Positions 1 to 9,854 of a stretch of DNA of 55,052 nucleotides are shown one piece after another. The first letter of the stretch is position 1. The number at the start of each line of letters is the position of its first letter. The stretch is from a virus (lineage: Duplodnaviria > Caudoviricetes). The stretch lies in IMG/VR virus record IMGVR_UViG_3300045993_000305, positions 1 through 55,052 of that record; one strand, written 5' to 3'. Made by a program: the position numbers and the translations under genes. Below the pieces are notes generated by a model that made no database searches, was not told where the DNA came from, and saw nothing but the letters and a program-made list of their open reading frames with translations.

Positions 1-414
1 CCGGGCAAGGCGGCGACGTACGCTGAAAAGCTGAACTTCCTCAAGGGATTGTGCTTGGAGACTGGCATCAACACCGAGGAACGCAACCCGGGCGAGACGC
101 CCCAAGAGCCGGCGCCCGCGCCAGCGATCAGGGCGCCGAAAGAAAAGGCGGCTCCCGCGGCGGAGGCAGAACCAGCGGCTGAGGCGACTCCCGCGGCCGA
201 ACCGGAAGACACGTCGCTGGCGTCGAAGGGTGCCATCGCCATGTTGACTCGGGACATCGAGGAGAAGCATCTGATGCCGGCGGTGGTGACCATGCTCGCG
301 AAGAACAAGGCAACGCTGGAAACGCTGACGAGGACTCGCGCCAAAAAGCTGCGCGAGTGGGTGGCGCGGCAGCCGGCTTGGGCCGGGGAGCGCGAGCCGG
401 GTCAGGAGGGGTAG
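1..414 (+). CDS. ERF-family single-strand annealing protein, C-terminal part (5' truncated)
   Basis: Frame 1 is open from base 1: PGKAATYAEKLNFLKGLCLETGINTEE resembles the ERF C-terminal motif (G-x-A-x-T-Y-A-x-K), followed by a Pro/Ala linker; lies next to a nuclease and SSB. Confidence 0.7.
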   Translation, partial: PGKAATYAEKLNFLKGLCLETGINTEERNPGETPQEPAPAPAIRAPKEKAAPAAEAEPAAEATPAAEPEDTSLASKGAIAMLTRDIEEKHLMPAVVTMLAKNKATLETLTRTRAKKLREWVARQPAWAGEREPGQEG

Positions 415-417
415 GAG

Positions 418-561
418 GTGAGCTCTTGGCTGGTCGCGCTGACTGGTCTGATCTATCTGGGGGTGTCCGTCGAGCAGTATTTGGTTGGACACCCCCACTT
501 GGGTCTGGTATATTTCGGGTACGCACTATCGAACGTCGGGCTCTACTACACGGTGAAATGA
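418..561 (+). CDS. Small membrane protein, 47 aa (not in the ORF track)
   Basis: GTG start, MSSWLVALTGLIYLGVSVEQYLVGHPHLGLVYFGYALSNVGLYYTVK with two hydrophobic segments; fills the gap exactly between flanking genes. Confidence 0.75.
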   Translation: MSSWLVALTGLIYLGVSVEQYLVGHPHLGLVYFGYALSNVGLYYTVK

Positions 562-562
562 C

Positions 563-1138
563 ATGAGCGACACACTGCACTTCGAGGCCGCCTCGCACAC
601 ATACAAGCTGCTGCCGAGAGGCATCGTCTTGCCGAGCGTCAGCTCAATCCTTCGCCCGATCGTCGACTTCTCTCGCGTGCCACCCAGCGCGCTGGAGTTT
701 GCGCGAGCTCGCGGGACCGCGGTTCACAAGGCGTGCGAGCTATTCGATCTCGGAACGCTGGACACTGAAGATCTGGATCCGCAGCTGGAGGGGTACGTCT
801 CAGGGTGGATGAAATTCATGCACGAGTTTAAGCCGGAGCTGACGCAGATAGAGACGCCCGGGTACCACAAGACCTACCTGTACGCGGGCACGCCAGACAG
901 GTGGGCGACGCACAAAGGAAAGCGCATCCTGATCGACATGAAGGCGACGCACTCGCTCAACCCGTCGGTGTCGGTGCAGCTCAGCGGGTACAGCATGATG
1001 GCAGACGCTCCGGCGGACGAGCTGTGGTCGGTTCGCCTGCTGAGCAACGGAGGATTCGAGCGCACCGTTCACGCGCACGAGAACGCGACGTTCATGGCGC
1101 TGTTGAACGTTTTCATGTGGAAGCGCAAAAACGCTTGA
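563..1138 (+). CDS. PD-(D/E)XK exonuclease (Cas4/RecB-like)
   Basis: PSVSSIL, RGTAVH, YAGTPD, IDMK and QLSGY motifs; adjacent to the annealase. Confidence 0.85.
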   Translation: MSDTLHFEAASHTYKLLPRGIVLPSVSSILRPIVDFSRVPPSALEFARARGTAVHKACELFDLGTLDTEDLDPQLEGYVSGWMKFMHEFKPELTQIETPGYHKTYLYAGTPDRWATHKGKRILIDMKATHSLNPSVSVQLSGYSMMADAPADELWSVRLLSNGGFERTVHAHENATFMALLNVFMWKRKNA

Positions 1139-1163
1139 CGCGTTCCAGAACGTCAGGCACAAT
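1135..1163 (+). promoter_or_regulatory. Sigma70-type promoter
   Basis: TTGACG-17 nt-CACAAT upstream of AAAGGAGG and ATG 1198. Confidence 0.65.
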
Positions 1164-1197
1164 GGGTTCTCTACTCACCCAGCCCAAAGGAGGGCCA

Positions 1198-1875
1198 ATG
1201 AACACCGTCGTCAAATACGATACCCCGAAACTCCCAGTCGCCGGGTACGCCACAGAGATGGCGTCGCGCATCATCATCGACGATCAGGACACATACGAGA
1301 TCGGGTCCATCGCCGCGAAGGCCGCGAAGGCCCGCCGCGATGAAATCGAGGCGATGCGGAAGACGATCGTCGACCCGATCAACGCCGCGAAGGATGCGGT
1401 GCAGAAGATCTTCACTCCGGTGATCGCGGACTACGACAACTCGATCAGCCTGATCAAGTCGAAGATGGTGACGTACGTCAACGAGCAGGCAGAGATCCAG
1501 CGCAAGACGCAGGCCGAGGCTGATCGTCTGGCGCGCGAAGCAGCAATCGCGGCCGAGAAGGCTGCCGCCAAGCTGGAGAAGAAGGGGAACATCGAGATGG
1601 CCGCCGCGGTGCGGGAAGTCGCCGCGATGGCGCCGGCTGCGGTGGTCGCGCCGATGGTCACGCAGGTGGGCGGAAACAGCGTCCGCAAGGTGTGGAAGGC
1701 GAAGATCTCCAACTGGGTCGAGCTCGTGCAATTCATCGCCGCCAACCCGGACTACCTCAACCTGATCTCGTTCAATCAGGGCGTGGCCGACAAGCTGATG
1801 GCCGCGACCGACGGCAAGCTGAAGATCGGCGGGCTCGAAGCGTATCAGGATTCCATCGTCGCCATTCGCAAATAG
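1198..1875 (+). CDS. Coiled-coil phage protein of recombination loci (Gp157/DUF1351-like)
   Basis: Strong SD AAAGGAGG; helical Ala/Glu/Lys-rich body, then RKVWK...IGGL C-terminus. Confidence 0.65.
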   Translation: MNTVVKYDTPKLPVAGYATEMASRIIIDDQDTYEIGSIAAKAAKARRDEIEAMRKTIVDPINAAKDAVQKIFTPVIADYDNSISLIKSKMVTYVNEQAEIQRKTQAEADRLAREAAIAAEKAAAKLEKKGNIEMAAAVREVAAMAPAAVVAPMVTQVGGNSVRKVWKAKISNWVELVQFIAANPDYLNLISFNQGVADKLMAATDGKLKIGGLEAYQDSIVAIRK

Positions 1876-1883
1876 GAGGCTCC

Positions 1884-2258
1884 ATGTTCGCGCGTCAAGC
1901 AGCAAAGGCAAAGGCCGCCGCGGAACCCTTCAAGGGGTTCTCCGGCTCAGCGGAGCGGATCGCCCTGCTCGGACTGATGATCCCGCAGGTGTCGTGGCGC
2001 GTGCGTCGCAAGATGAACGAAGAGCACGCGCTGCGAGATCTGATCGAGCGCAATGATGCAGAGATGCAGGCTCTGGGCGTTCCACCATTGAGTGCTCCGG
2101 CAGCGGTGGAGGGGTTAGCCCCTCTGCCGCAGATCGCAGTCGTCAAGGAGCACCGTCAGTGGCGCGAGCGCAACAGGCGCATCAAGCAGCGCGCTCGCTT
2201 CATCCACAAGGCGCTCATCACAGCAATCAATTCTGAGCAGAACATTTTCGATATGTAA
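1884..2258 (+). CDS. Hypothetical protein
   Basis: SD AGGAGG before ATG 1884; fills the gap before ssb. Confidence 0.7.
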   Translation: MFARQAAKAKAAAEPFKGFSGSAERIALLGLMIPQVSWRVRRKMNEEHALRDLIERNDAEMQALGVPPLSAPAAVEGLAPLPQIAVVKEHRQWRERNRRIKQRARFIHKALITAINSEQNIFDM

Positions 2259-2259
2259 G

Positions 2260-2268
2260 TGCTATAAT
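2260..2268 (+). promoter_or_regulatory. Extended -10 promoter for ssb
   Basis: TG-C-TATAAT, 26 nt upstream of the ssb start. Confidence 0.7.
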
Positions 2269-2294
2269 CGCACCACCAACCAGAGGAGACGAAC

Positions 2295-2732
2295 GTGGCA
2301 TCAGTCAACAAAGTGATCTTGATCGGAAACGCTGGGCGCGACCCGGAGATGAAGTATCTCCAGAACGGGGACGCCATCTGCAACGTCACGATCGCCACCA
2401 GCGAGACGTGGAAGGACAAGACGACGGGCGAGAAAGTCGAGAAGACGGAGTGGCACCGTCTGGTGTTCTTCAAGCGGCTCGCCGAAATCGCCGGTGAGTA
2501 CATCGCCAAAGGCAAGCCGATCTACGTCGAGGGACGTTTGCAGACGCGCAAGTACGAGAAGGAAGGCGTCACGCACTACTCGACCGAGATCGTGTGCGAC
2601 AAGCTGCAACTGCTCGGCGGCAAGCCGGCCGGAGACGAAGAGGAGCGCCCGGCAGCTCGACCGGCGGCGAAGCCCGCGGCGAAGGAAAAGGAAGTCGATC
2701 AGGCGGACTTCGATGACGACATCCCGTTCTAA
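2295..2732 (+). CDS. ssb: Single-stranded DNA-binding protein
   Basis: MASVNKVILIGN..., TEWHR, YVEGRLQTRKY, acidic DDDIPF tail. Confidence 0.97.
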   Translation: MASVNKVILIGNAGRDPEMKYLQNGDAICNVTIATSETWKDKTTGEKVEKTEWHRLVFFKRLAEIAGEYIAKGKPIYVEGRLQTRKYEKEGVTHYSTEIVCDKLQLLGGKPAGDEEERPAARPAAKPAAKEKEVDQADFDDDIPF

Positions 2733-2739
2733 TCTGTGG

Positions 2740-2946
2740 GTGCAGCGTCTCAGTCGCATCCTAGAAGCCGCCGTCGGGCCAGCCCCGGCTGCGGCGACAA
2801 CGTGCCGGTCATGCGGCAGGCTGCTTACCAGCCGCTCCAGCATAGCGGCGGGCATGGGAGCGTGCTGCGCGAAGAAGCAAGCGCGAGTCGACGCCTACAC
2901 GTTCGACTTATTTGAGGGCGGACACGTTGGATCGGAGGGAGCGTGA
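2740..2946 (+). CDS. Small zinc-finger protein (DUF6011-like)
   Basis: CRSCGRLLTSRSSIAAGMGACC; start uncertain. Confidence 0.65.
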   Translation: MQRLSRILEAAVGPAPAAATTCRSCGRLLTSRSSIAAGMGACCAKKQARVDAYTFDLFEGGHVGSEGA

Positions 2947-3152
2947 GCGAGGGGAAACTGTACGGCATCCATGCGGCGCGGCACGCGTACGAGGAGGTGA
3001 GTGCGTTCCGCAACGTGGTGGACACGATGGTGAAGTGGATTAGCGAGAGCTCGATGAGTGAGTCGGCGCTTCGCACCGCGGCGTTCATGGCCGCCGATAT
3101 CGTGCGCTCTTCCAAGCAAGCGAAAAAGGGAGCGAGCCATGCGCCCCGCTAA
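2943..3152 (+). CDS. Hypothetical protein
   Basis: GTGA overlap with upstream gene; SD GGAG. Confidence 0.65.
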   Translation: MSEGKLYGIHAARHAYEEVSAFRNVVDTMVKWISESSMSESALRTAAFMAADIVRSSKQAKKGASHAPR

Positions 3153-3291
3153 GACGTACCATCGTCATCTTTGCGGGTTCCTCACTCGATCGTGGACCGT
3201 GATTCCGGGGTACTACGTCGACTTCACGTCCAAGCGCCTGTATGTCCACCTCGGTCACTGGCAATGGTGCCTGTACTACAGCGGACGGTAA
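3139..3291 (+). CDS. Hypothetical protein, 50 aa
   Basis: SD GGGAG; aromatic-rich MRPAKTYHRHLCGF... Confidence 0.55.
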   Translation: MRPAKTYHRHLCGFLTRSWTVIPGYYVDFTSKRLYVHLGHWQWCLYYSGR

Positions 3292-3380
3292 GGGAGAGCT
3301 GGATCGGATGGGTCTTGGCGTTCGCCGCCGGCTGCTCCGCTCTGGTGACGTACGCTCTCACGGTCGACGGGCTTCTTTGA
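3264..3380 (+). CDS. Possible small membrane peptide
   Basis: MVPVLQRTVRESWIGWVLAFAAGCSALVTYALTVDGLL; overlaps both neighbours. Confidence 0.3.
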   Translation: MVPVLQRTVRESWIGWVLAFAAGCSALVTYALTVDGLL

Positions 3381-6300
3381 CCAGCTCGTTGAGGTCGCGC
3401 ATCGCGTCAGTGATCTCGGCCTCGATCGCCTTCACCTCTGACGGCGGAGCACCGTCCTTCACCAGCTGGCGGCGCTCCTTCCTCAGCTTAGACACCTCCC
3501 GCTCCGCCTGCGCCCCCTCCTTCACCAGCTCGGCAACCGGGTTGTCCTGATAGTATCCCTCGACGTCTCCGTCGTTCGCCTCGCGCCCCTTGAGCTCGCG
3601 CTCGTGCTTGTTGATCTCGATCACGTTTCGGTAGAAGGCGGCTCCCTCTTTCGTCTGACCATCAGCGTTGCCGTAGAATCTCCCGACCAACGGGATCTTG
3701 TGCGCCGGCAGCTCCTCTCCGGTTCCGGCTGCACTGATCGTCGCGCCCACCTTCGCTACCTCTCTCGCCACGCCGCCGCCGATCTGGCCGGCAACGTAGT
3801 CGATCGCGTCTGGCGTTGGGCTCAGGCGTCCCGGGGTGAACTCGGTGCCGCCGCTCATTACGTTGATCGCCTCTGACATCCAGCGCGCCCACGGTGATGC
3901 TTTTTCGCTGGCCCGCTCGTGCCCCGGACTGGGATTCAGCGGGTTCATGTCTGGCCGCGCAATCTGCTTCCCGGTCCAGTCCTTGTTCTCCAGCAGCGCG
4001 ACCGCGGGATCGAACAGGGTGGGCGCGACGACCTGCGCCGGCGACGATCCTCCGCCTACCGGGCTGAACGTGTCGAACATCAGGCCGAGCAGGTTGAGCG
4101 TCTTGCTGGTCGCGTCCTTGCCTCCGGTCAGCGCGAGCTCGGCGCCGACGCGCCCGACGTTGGGCAGGAAGTTGAGGCCCAGCGGCATGGGGATCGTGAC
4201 GTATTTCTTGCCACCGATGGGGATGATGAACGAACGCTCTCGGACGAACTCCGGCGGCTCGTCGTCGTCGAACCCGGCCGCGGCCAGAGCAAACGCTTGA
4301 AGGACGCCAGCCAGCACGCCCCCGGCTACGATGACCGCGCCCTTCGGACCCCGGATCGTTTCGTACAAGCGGGCCGTGCCCTGCGCCGACGCATTGAAGA
4401 ACGCATAGAGCGATCCGATCTGGCTCGACACGTTGCCCTTGCGGTTGAAGTTGACGGTGAGGTTCTTCGCGATGCTCGCGGCTTTGTTGACCGAGACTCC
4501 GTTGTCGCGCGCCACCTTGTAGGCGGACAGGCGGGTGGCGTTTTCCATCGCCGTGTTGTAGTCACTCAGCCACCCCCCTGCCCACTTGATGAACTCTCGC
4601 GGGACCGCGCGCACCTTGCCCCTGCCGGCGTGCTTGATCTCCCTCTCGATCGCTTTGGTGCGATCCTCCGGGGTGACGAACATATCGCGGTACCCGGTGG
4701 CGCCGCCGGCGTTCTGGAACTCCTCGTACGTTTGCGCCCACCCAGATCGAGCGGGGCGCCCCTTGCGGTCTGAGCGCAGATCTCGAAGCGTACCCACCAG
4801 CGCCGGAAGTATTCCGCGCAGCACGGCCAGCTGCTTGCCGGCGATGGCCGTAGTCGTCAGGTTGAAGAACAGCTGCTGGGTGTCGCGAACGATGTTCACC
4901 ACGCCAAAGATCGGGTTGTACTGGGTGTTGATGGCGGCGAAGTAGCGCGTCACTTTCGCCGCGGCGCCGATGACGACGCCGAGCTCCGGCGCCGTGAGGT
5001 TCTTCATCGACGACGCCATGCGTACGGCCCGGGCGTTGTGCTTGTTGAAGACGACCGCGTGCTCCACGACTCCGCCCTTGCCGTCCGGCATGCGGGCCAC
5101 GACGACGTTGTCGCGCGACTTCCACATGGGGTCGATCGTCGAGATGACGATCCCGCTCGGGCCGACGTACTTGATCATCTCCGGGTTGTCAACCGACCAA
5201 AAGCTGGGGTTGTGGTTTGAGAGTGCGAGGTTGACGAGCGCCGTAGCGACTCTGTTCTTCCCGCCGCGCGTGATCGTCTTCTCGCGTGCGATGGCGAGAT
5301 TTGCGACGATGTTCTCGACCGGCTTGGTGGATCCTGTTGCGCGCTTCGATGCCGACCCCTTGACGGTGTACCCCTGCCCTGTCCCGCTCAGCGAGTCAGA
5401 GTCGACGTCCTCGCGATGCAGCGGGACGTAGTTTTTGTAGGCTCCGTTCCATGCGTCGATCGTCTTCTGGGATTCCAGCCCCTCGCTGACGAGCATCTGG
5501 TTGGTTCGCGCGATGATGGCGTCGACTCGGCGCGCGAGCGCGACGTATGCGGCGCGCTTGGCGGACGGCAGGCCGGCGAGGTAGGCGCGGGCGTCAGCGG
5601 TCTTGATTCCAGATCCTGCGTCTGGCATCTGCGGGTTGATCTTCGCGATCTGGATGTTGCGCTCTTCGGCGTGCCGGTTGTGCAGGTACGTCTCCAAGTC
5701 GTCGAGCGAAACCTTTCGCAGCGCCAAGTCTTGGATCAGCGGCTTCAGCTCGCGTTGCATGAAGTCGTCGGACAGCTTCCCGGCGCGGCCGTGATACAGC
5801 TCTTCTTGCAGGTAGGCGTTCTGCGCTTCGGGCAGAGCCACGCCGCGCGACGATTCGATGGCAGCGATGATCTTCTTGGTGTCGAGGTGCTTGTCTTGCA
5901 GGTTGAAAACGACCGCCTCCCACTTCGGGCTCGTGATGTCCGGGGCCACCCATGTGTTCCACGCGCCGTTGGGAGACGGAACCCGGTGCTTGCTGAAGTT
6001 CGGCTCGCGCGGGCTGAACTCTCCGTTGTTGCCGGTGGCCGACTTCACTTGCCGAGGATCGAAGATGATGTACGAATCCGCGGCAGCAGGGTAGCGCCGC
6101 TTGAACGCCTTGTCGGTGTACTCGTTCACGGCCGAGAACCCGTCGTCTTCTCTGAGGTCGACGCCCTCTCTGCGGTTGAGGTATACGATGCCGTCGTACC
6201 CGGCGCCCTTGATGGCGGCCTTGATTCCATCTTGGTTGTGGGCGTTCACCAGCTCGTCCCATCGAGAGTCTTCGACGATGCCCAGATCGATGAGCTGGCT

Positions 6301-6873
6301 CACCACAGTTTCGTTGTCGAAGTTGCCTTCGTCGTTCAGGCGCAGAGGATTTTCCAGCTTGACGTACACCGGCATCACTCTGCTGCGTTGTACTCCAGAC
6401 TGCGTCATTGCGCTCTGTATTCCCATCGCCAAGTTTTCAGCGTTGGACCCGGGGACGAATTGGGCCGCCTGCGCCTGCGTTCCAAAGTGCGAACCCATCT
6501 CCCCTTTGTAGGTGTTGAACACGTCGAAGTCATCGTACGCTCGGGTGCCGTGATACAGGACCAGCGGCACGCCGCCCGGCGCACCGTTCATCGTCGTCAC
6601 GCTGTCACCGAACCACGTCTGGAACGCTTGCGTCTCTTCCTGCGCCTTGTTCTTCGACACCCTCGGCGTCGGCTTGGGCTGCGCTTTCCCGACTTGATCC
6701 ATCACGTCTTCGCGCTTCTGGATCAGAGAATCGAGCCGATCCTTCACGGCGGTGACGGCGGCGTCCTGCGCCGGATAGCCGTCCGACCGCAACGACGCCG
6801 CGGCCTCGCGGATCTCCTTCTGATCCGCTTCGCCGATTCCGTTCCGCTTCATGCAGTGCGCCAGACTTCCCAT
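3358..6873 (-). CDS. Large polyvalent/ejection protein with ART-PolyVal ADP-ribosyltransferase domain and LPD38-like C-terminus
   Basis: FQTWFGDS...PLVLYHGT...VMPVYVKLENPL...GYDGIVY...YIIFDPRQVKSATGNNGEFS (ART-PolyVal pattern, about 5990-6635); NFNRKG, FFNASAQG, YVTIPMPLG, ENKDWTGKQI (LPD38-type). Confidence 0.85.
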   Translation of the reverse strand: MGSLAHCMKRNGIGEADQKEIREAAASLRSDGYPAQDAAVTAVKDRLDSLIQKREDVMDQVGKAQPKPTPRVSKNKAQEETQAFQTWFGDSVTTMNGAPGGVPLVLYHGTRAYDDFDVFNTYKGEMGSHFGTQAQAAQFVPGSNAENLAMGIQSAMTQSGVQRSRVMPVYVKLENPLRLNDEGNFDNETVVSQLIDLGIVEDSRWDELVNAHNQDGIKAAIKGAGYDGIVYLNRREGVDLREDDGFSAVNEYTDKAFKRRYPAAADSYIIFDPRQVKSATGNNGEFSPREPNFSKHRVPSPNGAWNTWVAPDITSPKWEAVVFNLQDKHLDTKKIIAAIESSRGVALPEAQNAYLQEELYHGRAGKLSDDFMQRELKPLIQDLALRKVSLDDLETYLHNRHAEERNIQIAKINPQMPDAGSGIKTADARAYLAGLPSAKRAAYVALARRVDAIIARTNQMLVSEGLESQKTIDAWNGAYKNYVPLHREDVDSDSLSGTGQGYTVKGSASKRATGSTKPVENIVANLAIAREKTITRGGKNRVATALVNLALSNHNPSFWSVDNPEMIKYVGPSGIVISTIDPMWKSRDNVVVARMPDGKGGVVEHAVVFNKHNARAVRMASSMKNLTAPELGVVIGAAAKVTRYFAAINTQYNPIFGVVNIVRDTQQLFFNLTTTAIAGKQLAVLRGILPALVGTLRDLRSDRKGRPARSGWAQTYEEFQNAGGATGYRDMFVTPEDRTKAIEREIKHAGRGKVRAVPREFIKWAGGWLSDYNTAMENATRLSAYKVARDNGVSVNKAASIAKNLTVNFNRKGNVSSQIGSLYAFFNASAQGTARLYETIRGPKGAVIVAGGVLAGVLQAFALAAAGFDDDEPPEFVRERSFIIPIGGKKYVTIPMPLGLNFLPNVGRVGAELALTGGKDATSKTLNLLGLMFDTFSPVGGGSSPAQVVAPTLFDPAVALLENKDWTGKQIARPDMNPLNPSPGHERASEKASPWARWMSEAINVMSGGTEFTPGRLSPTPDAIDYVAGQIGGGVAREVAKVGATISAAGTGEELPAHKIPLVGRFYGNADGQTKEGAAFYRNVIEINKHERELKGREANDGDVEGYYQDNPVAELVKEGAQAEREVSKLRKERRQLVKDGAPPSEVKAIEAEITDAMRDLNELVKEARRP

Positions 6874-6881
6874 GTGTTTTC

Positions 6882-7295
6882 CTATGCCGCGAGCCGCAGC
6901 TCGTCAAAGATTTGAACGATGTCCAGCAGGTCTTGGGCGTCGCTGTTGTCGCGCGACGGGGGAGCGCGCCGATCTGTCATGCGCCGCGACAGATCCTCGC
7001 CGCGCCAGACGTGGACGTTGGTGCGTTGCCCGACCGATCCGTAGGTTCCCGGCGCCGGCGTGGGTTGGGTAACCTCGATCGGGGGAGCCGAATCGACGAA
7101 GGTGATTGATCCGGTCGCGCCGATCGTAATTGTCGCCGCGCCCACCATCGAGCCGTCCACCAAAGGCACAGACAGCGTGCCTACGGAAGACAGCAGGATG
7201 GTCGCAGAGCCCCGGATGAACCCGGGAGCCAGTGGGGTAGCTACGCCTTCCCAGTTCCCGTCCCAGACCCCGTCCCAGACCCCGCGCCAGACCAT
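6882..7295 (-). CDS. Putative virion accessory protein
   Basis: W-x-G-x repeats at the N-terminus, beta-rich middle, acidic helical end; tightly packed in the operon. Confidence 0.65.
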   Translation of the reverse strand: MVWRGVWDGVWDGNWEGVATPLAPGFIRGSATILLSSVGTLSVPLVDGSMVGAATITIGATGSITFVDSAPPIEVTQPTPAPGTYGSVGQRTNVHVWRGEDLSRRMTDRRAPPSRDNSDAQDLLDIVQIFDELRLAA

Positions 7296-7296
7296 G

Positions 7297-8067
7297 CTAC
7301 GCGCCGTCGCGAGTGGTGATCGTCCTCGTTCCAGCGGCGACGGTACCCGCGATGCGGGTCTTGCTGCCGTCCAGCGAGTAGAACTCTGGGTTCGTTTCCA
7401 GCGTCAGCGCGTTGCCCGCGGCGTGCGCGGCGAGCAGGCGCAGGATCTCTTCGGCGGTGAAGCCCGCTTCGATGATCTTGGCCCAGACAGAATTGGTGAT
7501 CCCGGTAACCGTCAGCCCCTGCTCTACGGTGGTGCCGACCATATGGCCAACGGCGTACGGGGTGAGCGAGCCGGTGACGGTGATGCCCGCGGCTCCGACC
7601 AGCCATCCGAGCGCGCCCATCGTTCCCGCTCCGTTGATGGTGATGGTGGCCGTGCCCTGCGCGCCGATCGCGGCGAACATATCGCCGGTCGCCGTCAGAG
7701 AGATGACCGCCGATCCGACCGCGCCAGCGATCAGGCCGCCGACGCCGATTGAATCCAGCGTAATGACGGAGGCGCCGATCAGGTTGACGCCCTCGGCTCC
7801 CACGCCGGCCGCGGACAGCGTGACGTATGCTTCGTCGCGCGAAGACATGGCTCCGCCGATCTGCGGCTGCAACCACGCAGCCGGGTGGCGGTACCCGTTG
7901 GGGAACCCGCTCTTCTCGGTGGCGTATTGAACGCTGTGCTCGCCGGAGCGGAAGTTGCGGTGCGCCCCGGTCTTGTCGAAGTTGCCCGGCAGCGTTGCCG
8001 CTCCGACCGCGCCGAAATATCGGTTCAGGCCGGAGATGACGTGCGCGCCGTTACGGATCAGCGACAC
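7297..8067 (-). CDS. Putative virion fibre/appendage protein
   Basis: Gly/Ala/Thr-rich beta repeats; C-terminal TAEEILRLLAA...DGSKTRIAGTV. Confidence 0.7.
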   Translation of the reverse strand: MSLIRNGAHVISGLNRYFGAVGAATLPGNFDKTGAHRNFRSGEHSVQYATEKSGFPNGYRHPAAWLQPQIGGAMSSRDEAYVTLSAAGVGAEGVNLIGASVITLDSIGVGGLIAGAVGSAVISLTATGDMFAAIGAQGTATITINGAGTMGALGWLVGAAGITVTGSLTPYAVGHMVGTTVEQGLTVTGITNSVWAKIIEAGFTAEEILRLLAAHAAGNALTLETNPEFYSLDGSKTRIAGTVAAGTRTITTRDGA

Positions 8068-8973
8068 TCAGCCTCCGTATGCGTAGTCGGCGAAGACGTT
8101 GATCGGGCTCGTCGTGGTGGTCGCGCCGGTCTGGAACAGAAGGAACTTGAGGCACGCACCGTCATGAATTTTCGGCAGGCTGGGAAGCTGGTTGACGAAG
8201 TCGCGCTCGGCGAGAACGCCGGATGCTGGAATGGGCAGCTGCCACAGCGGGCGCACGAGGTGCAGCACCAGCTGGCCCGTGCCGGTGTATGCCACGCCGC
8301 CGGAGAACGTGAACGCTTCGATGTCGCGGATGCCATAGTCGCCGGCCACCAGAGGCAGGAACGGAGCGTAGCGCGTCGCCGCGTTGCCGCTGTGCGGGAT
8401 CGCGCCTGCGATGGCGCCGGCCGCCGCGGCCATGCCGACAGCGATCGTCATGTTCTTGCCAGTAGTCCCGGCCTGATTGGTGTACTGAAACGATGTCAGA
8501 TTCGGACCACCAGTCGCCGGCGCAACCTCGGCCGAGAAGTACGCGCGCAGCCCGCTGCCGTTGTTCTCGCGAGCTCCAGCTCCGAGGGCGGTCATCGTTA
8601 CCGTGCGCGCGACAGCCGACGTCACGTCAGTGCCGGTGATCGGGACGTACCCCAACTGGTCAACGCACATGAGGATCCACGGTGCCCCAGCGGCTGCGAA
8701 CACGGTGGCCGCGGCGTTCAGGAAGTGCTTGGTGGCAGTCGAGACGTTGCCCCCGTGCCAGACCGCACCTTCCGCCCAAGTGTCGTCGGTGGGGACGTAG
8801 GTAAGAGACGTGCCGGCGTACGTCTTCACCGGAACGCTGCCGGTACACATGCCCAAGTCGGTCCACGTCCCGGCTACGCCAGCGATCGGCGTGACCGCGT
8901 TGTAGTCGATGCGTCCGTACTTTCCGTTCACCGTGATCTGGTTGAGCAGATCGTCTTGCGAAGAAAATCCCAT
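8068..8973 (-). CDS. Putative virion appendage protein (paralog A)
   Basis: Starts MGFSSQDDL; shares D-x-L-x-Y-x-P, G-x-GL, YT(N/D), P(F/L)xPLVAG-x-x-GI and LVRPL motifs with the next gene. Confidence 0.75.
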   Translation of the reverse strand: MGFSSQDDLLNQITVNGKYGRIDYNAVTPIAGVAGTWTDLGMCTGSVPVKTYAGTSLTYVPTDDTWAEGAVWHGGNVSTATKHFLNAAATVFAAAGAPWILMCVDQLGYVPITGTDVTSAVARTVTMTALGAGARENNGSGLRAYFSAEVAPATGGPNLTSFQYTNQAGTTGKNMTIAVGMAAAAGAIAGAIPHSGNAATRYAPFLPLVAGDYGIRDIEAFTFSGGVAYTGTGQLVLHLVRPLWQLPIPASGVLAERDFVNQLPSLPKIHDGACLKFLLFQTGATTTTSPINVFADYAYGG

Positions 8974-8974
8974 G

Positions 8975-9853
8975 TCATCCCCAAGTAGTTTCAATCATCC
9001 CCACCAATGGAGACGAGGCCAAACTTCCAGCAACACCCTGCCCGGCGAAGCCGAGAAAAGCGCCGTCCTTGATCTCCACGATTCCGCCGCGCAGGCGCAT
9101 CGCTTCCACTTCATGTGCCGCTCCGATGGCCGCAACAGCGCACGACTCCAGCGTCTGCGTTGACTGCAACGGACGCACCAGCACGATCGCGCACAGCCCG
9201 CCGTTCGCCACCGAGAAGTTGCAGGAGTCGACGCGCTTGATCCCTTTGGTGCCAGCAACCAGCGGAACGAAAGGAGTGAGCCCGCCGGTCGACAGGCACG
9301 CGCTGACGATGGCCCCTGAAGGTTGGGCCGCCGCGCAGAACATCGAGGTCGTCGTCTGCTGCACGTCGTCGGAGTCGGTGTAGGTGATCGTGAATCTTCC
9401 TCCGCCCACCGTGATGCTCTGCGCCACCACCATCATCTGCAAACCAACGCCGTCGGCGTAACGCGAGAGCGCCGAGGTCTGCGCCATCGCCTGATCTTCG
9501 CCGGCCGCGTCCATGTCTACGAACGGGTAGTAGAGCAGGTAGTCCATCAGGATCAGCGGCTGAATCGAAGACGTAGCCCCGGCAGACATCACGGTCAGGC
9601 GGTGCAAGAACTGCCGATCGGTTCCGGTCATACGCGGAACGATGATCCCCTTGTTCGACTCCAGCAGAGCCGCTTCTAGCGGCGCCGCGGCGTAGTAATT
9701 CGGGATCGGGTTGCCTGATGCGTACGAGTAGTCGAACCACTGACCAGTGATGGTCGCGGTGGACGCTGGCACCTTGCGGAACGTGGACATCCACGTCTTG
9801 CCGTTGTCGACCAGCGACTCGGCCAGAGCCCTGACGTTGTGAAATCCTGCCAT
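8975..9853 (-). CDS. Putative virion appendage protein (paralog B)
   Basis: Starts MAGFHNV at ATG 9853; DYLLYYPF, PFVPLVAGTKGIK, LVRPL, IKDGAFL. Confidence 0.75.
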   Translation of the reverse strand: MAGFHNVRALAESLVDNGKTWMSTFRKVPASTATITGQWFDYSYASGNPIPNYYAAAPLEAALLESNKGIIVPRMTGTDRQFLHRLTVMSAGATSSIQPLILMDYLLYYPFVDMDAAGEDQAMAQTSALSRYADGVGLQMMVVAQSITVGGGRFTITYTDSDDVQQTTTSMFCAAAQPSGAIVSACLSTGGLTPFVPLVAGTKGIKRVDSCNFSVANGGLCAIVLVRPLQSTQTLESCAVAAIGAAHEVEAMRLRGGIVEIKDGAFLGFAGQGVAGSLASSPLVGMIETTWG

Positions 9854-9854
9854 G

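Noticed and set aside
563-1138. Cas4-like nuclease suggesting CRISPR-Cas
   Set aside because: No repeat-spacer array or cas genes; the context is phage recombination
6370-6460. A/T-richer patch inside the ART domain as another overprinted gene
   Set aside because: No SD plus start and only a short open +1 frame; more likely a variable loop insert
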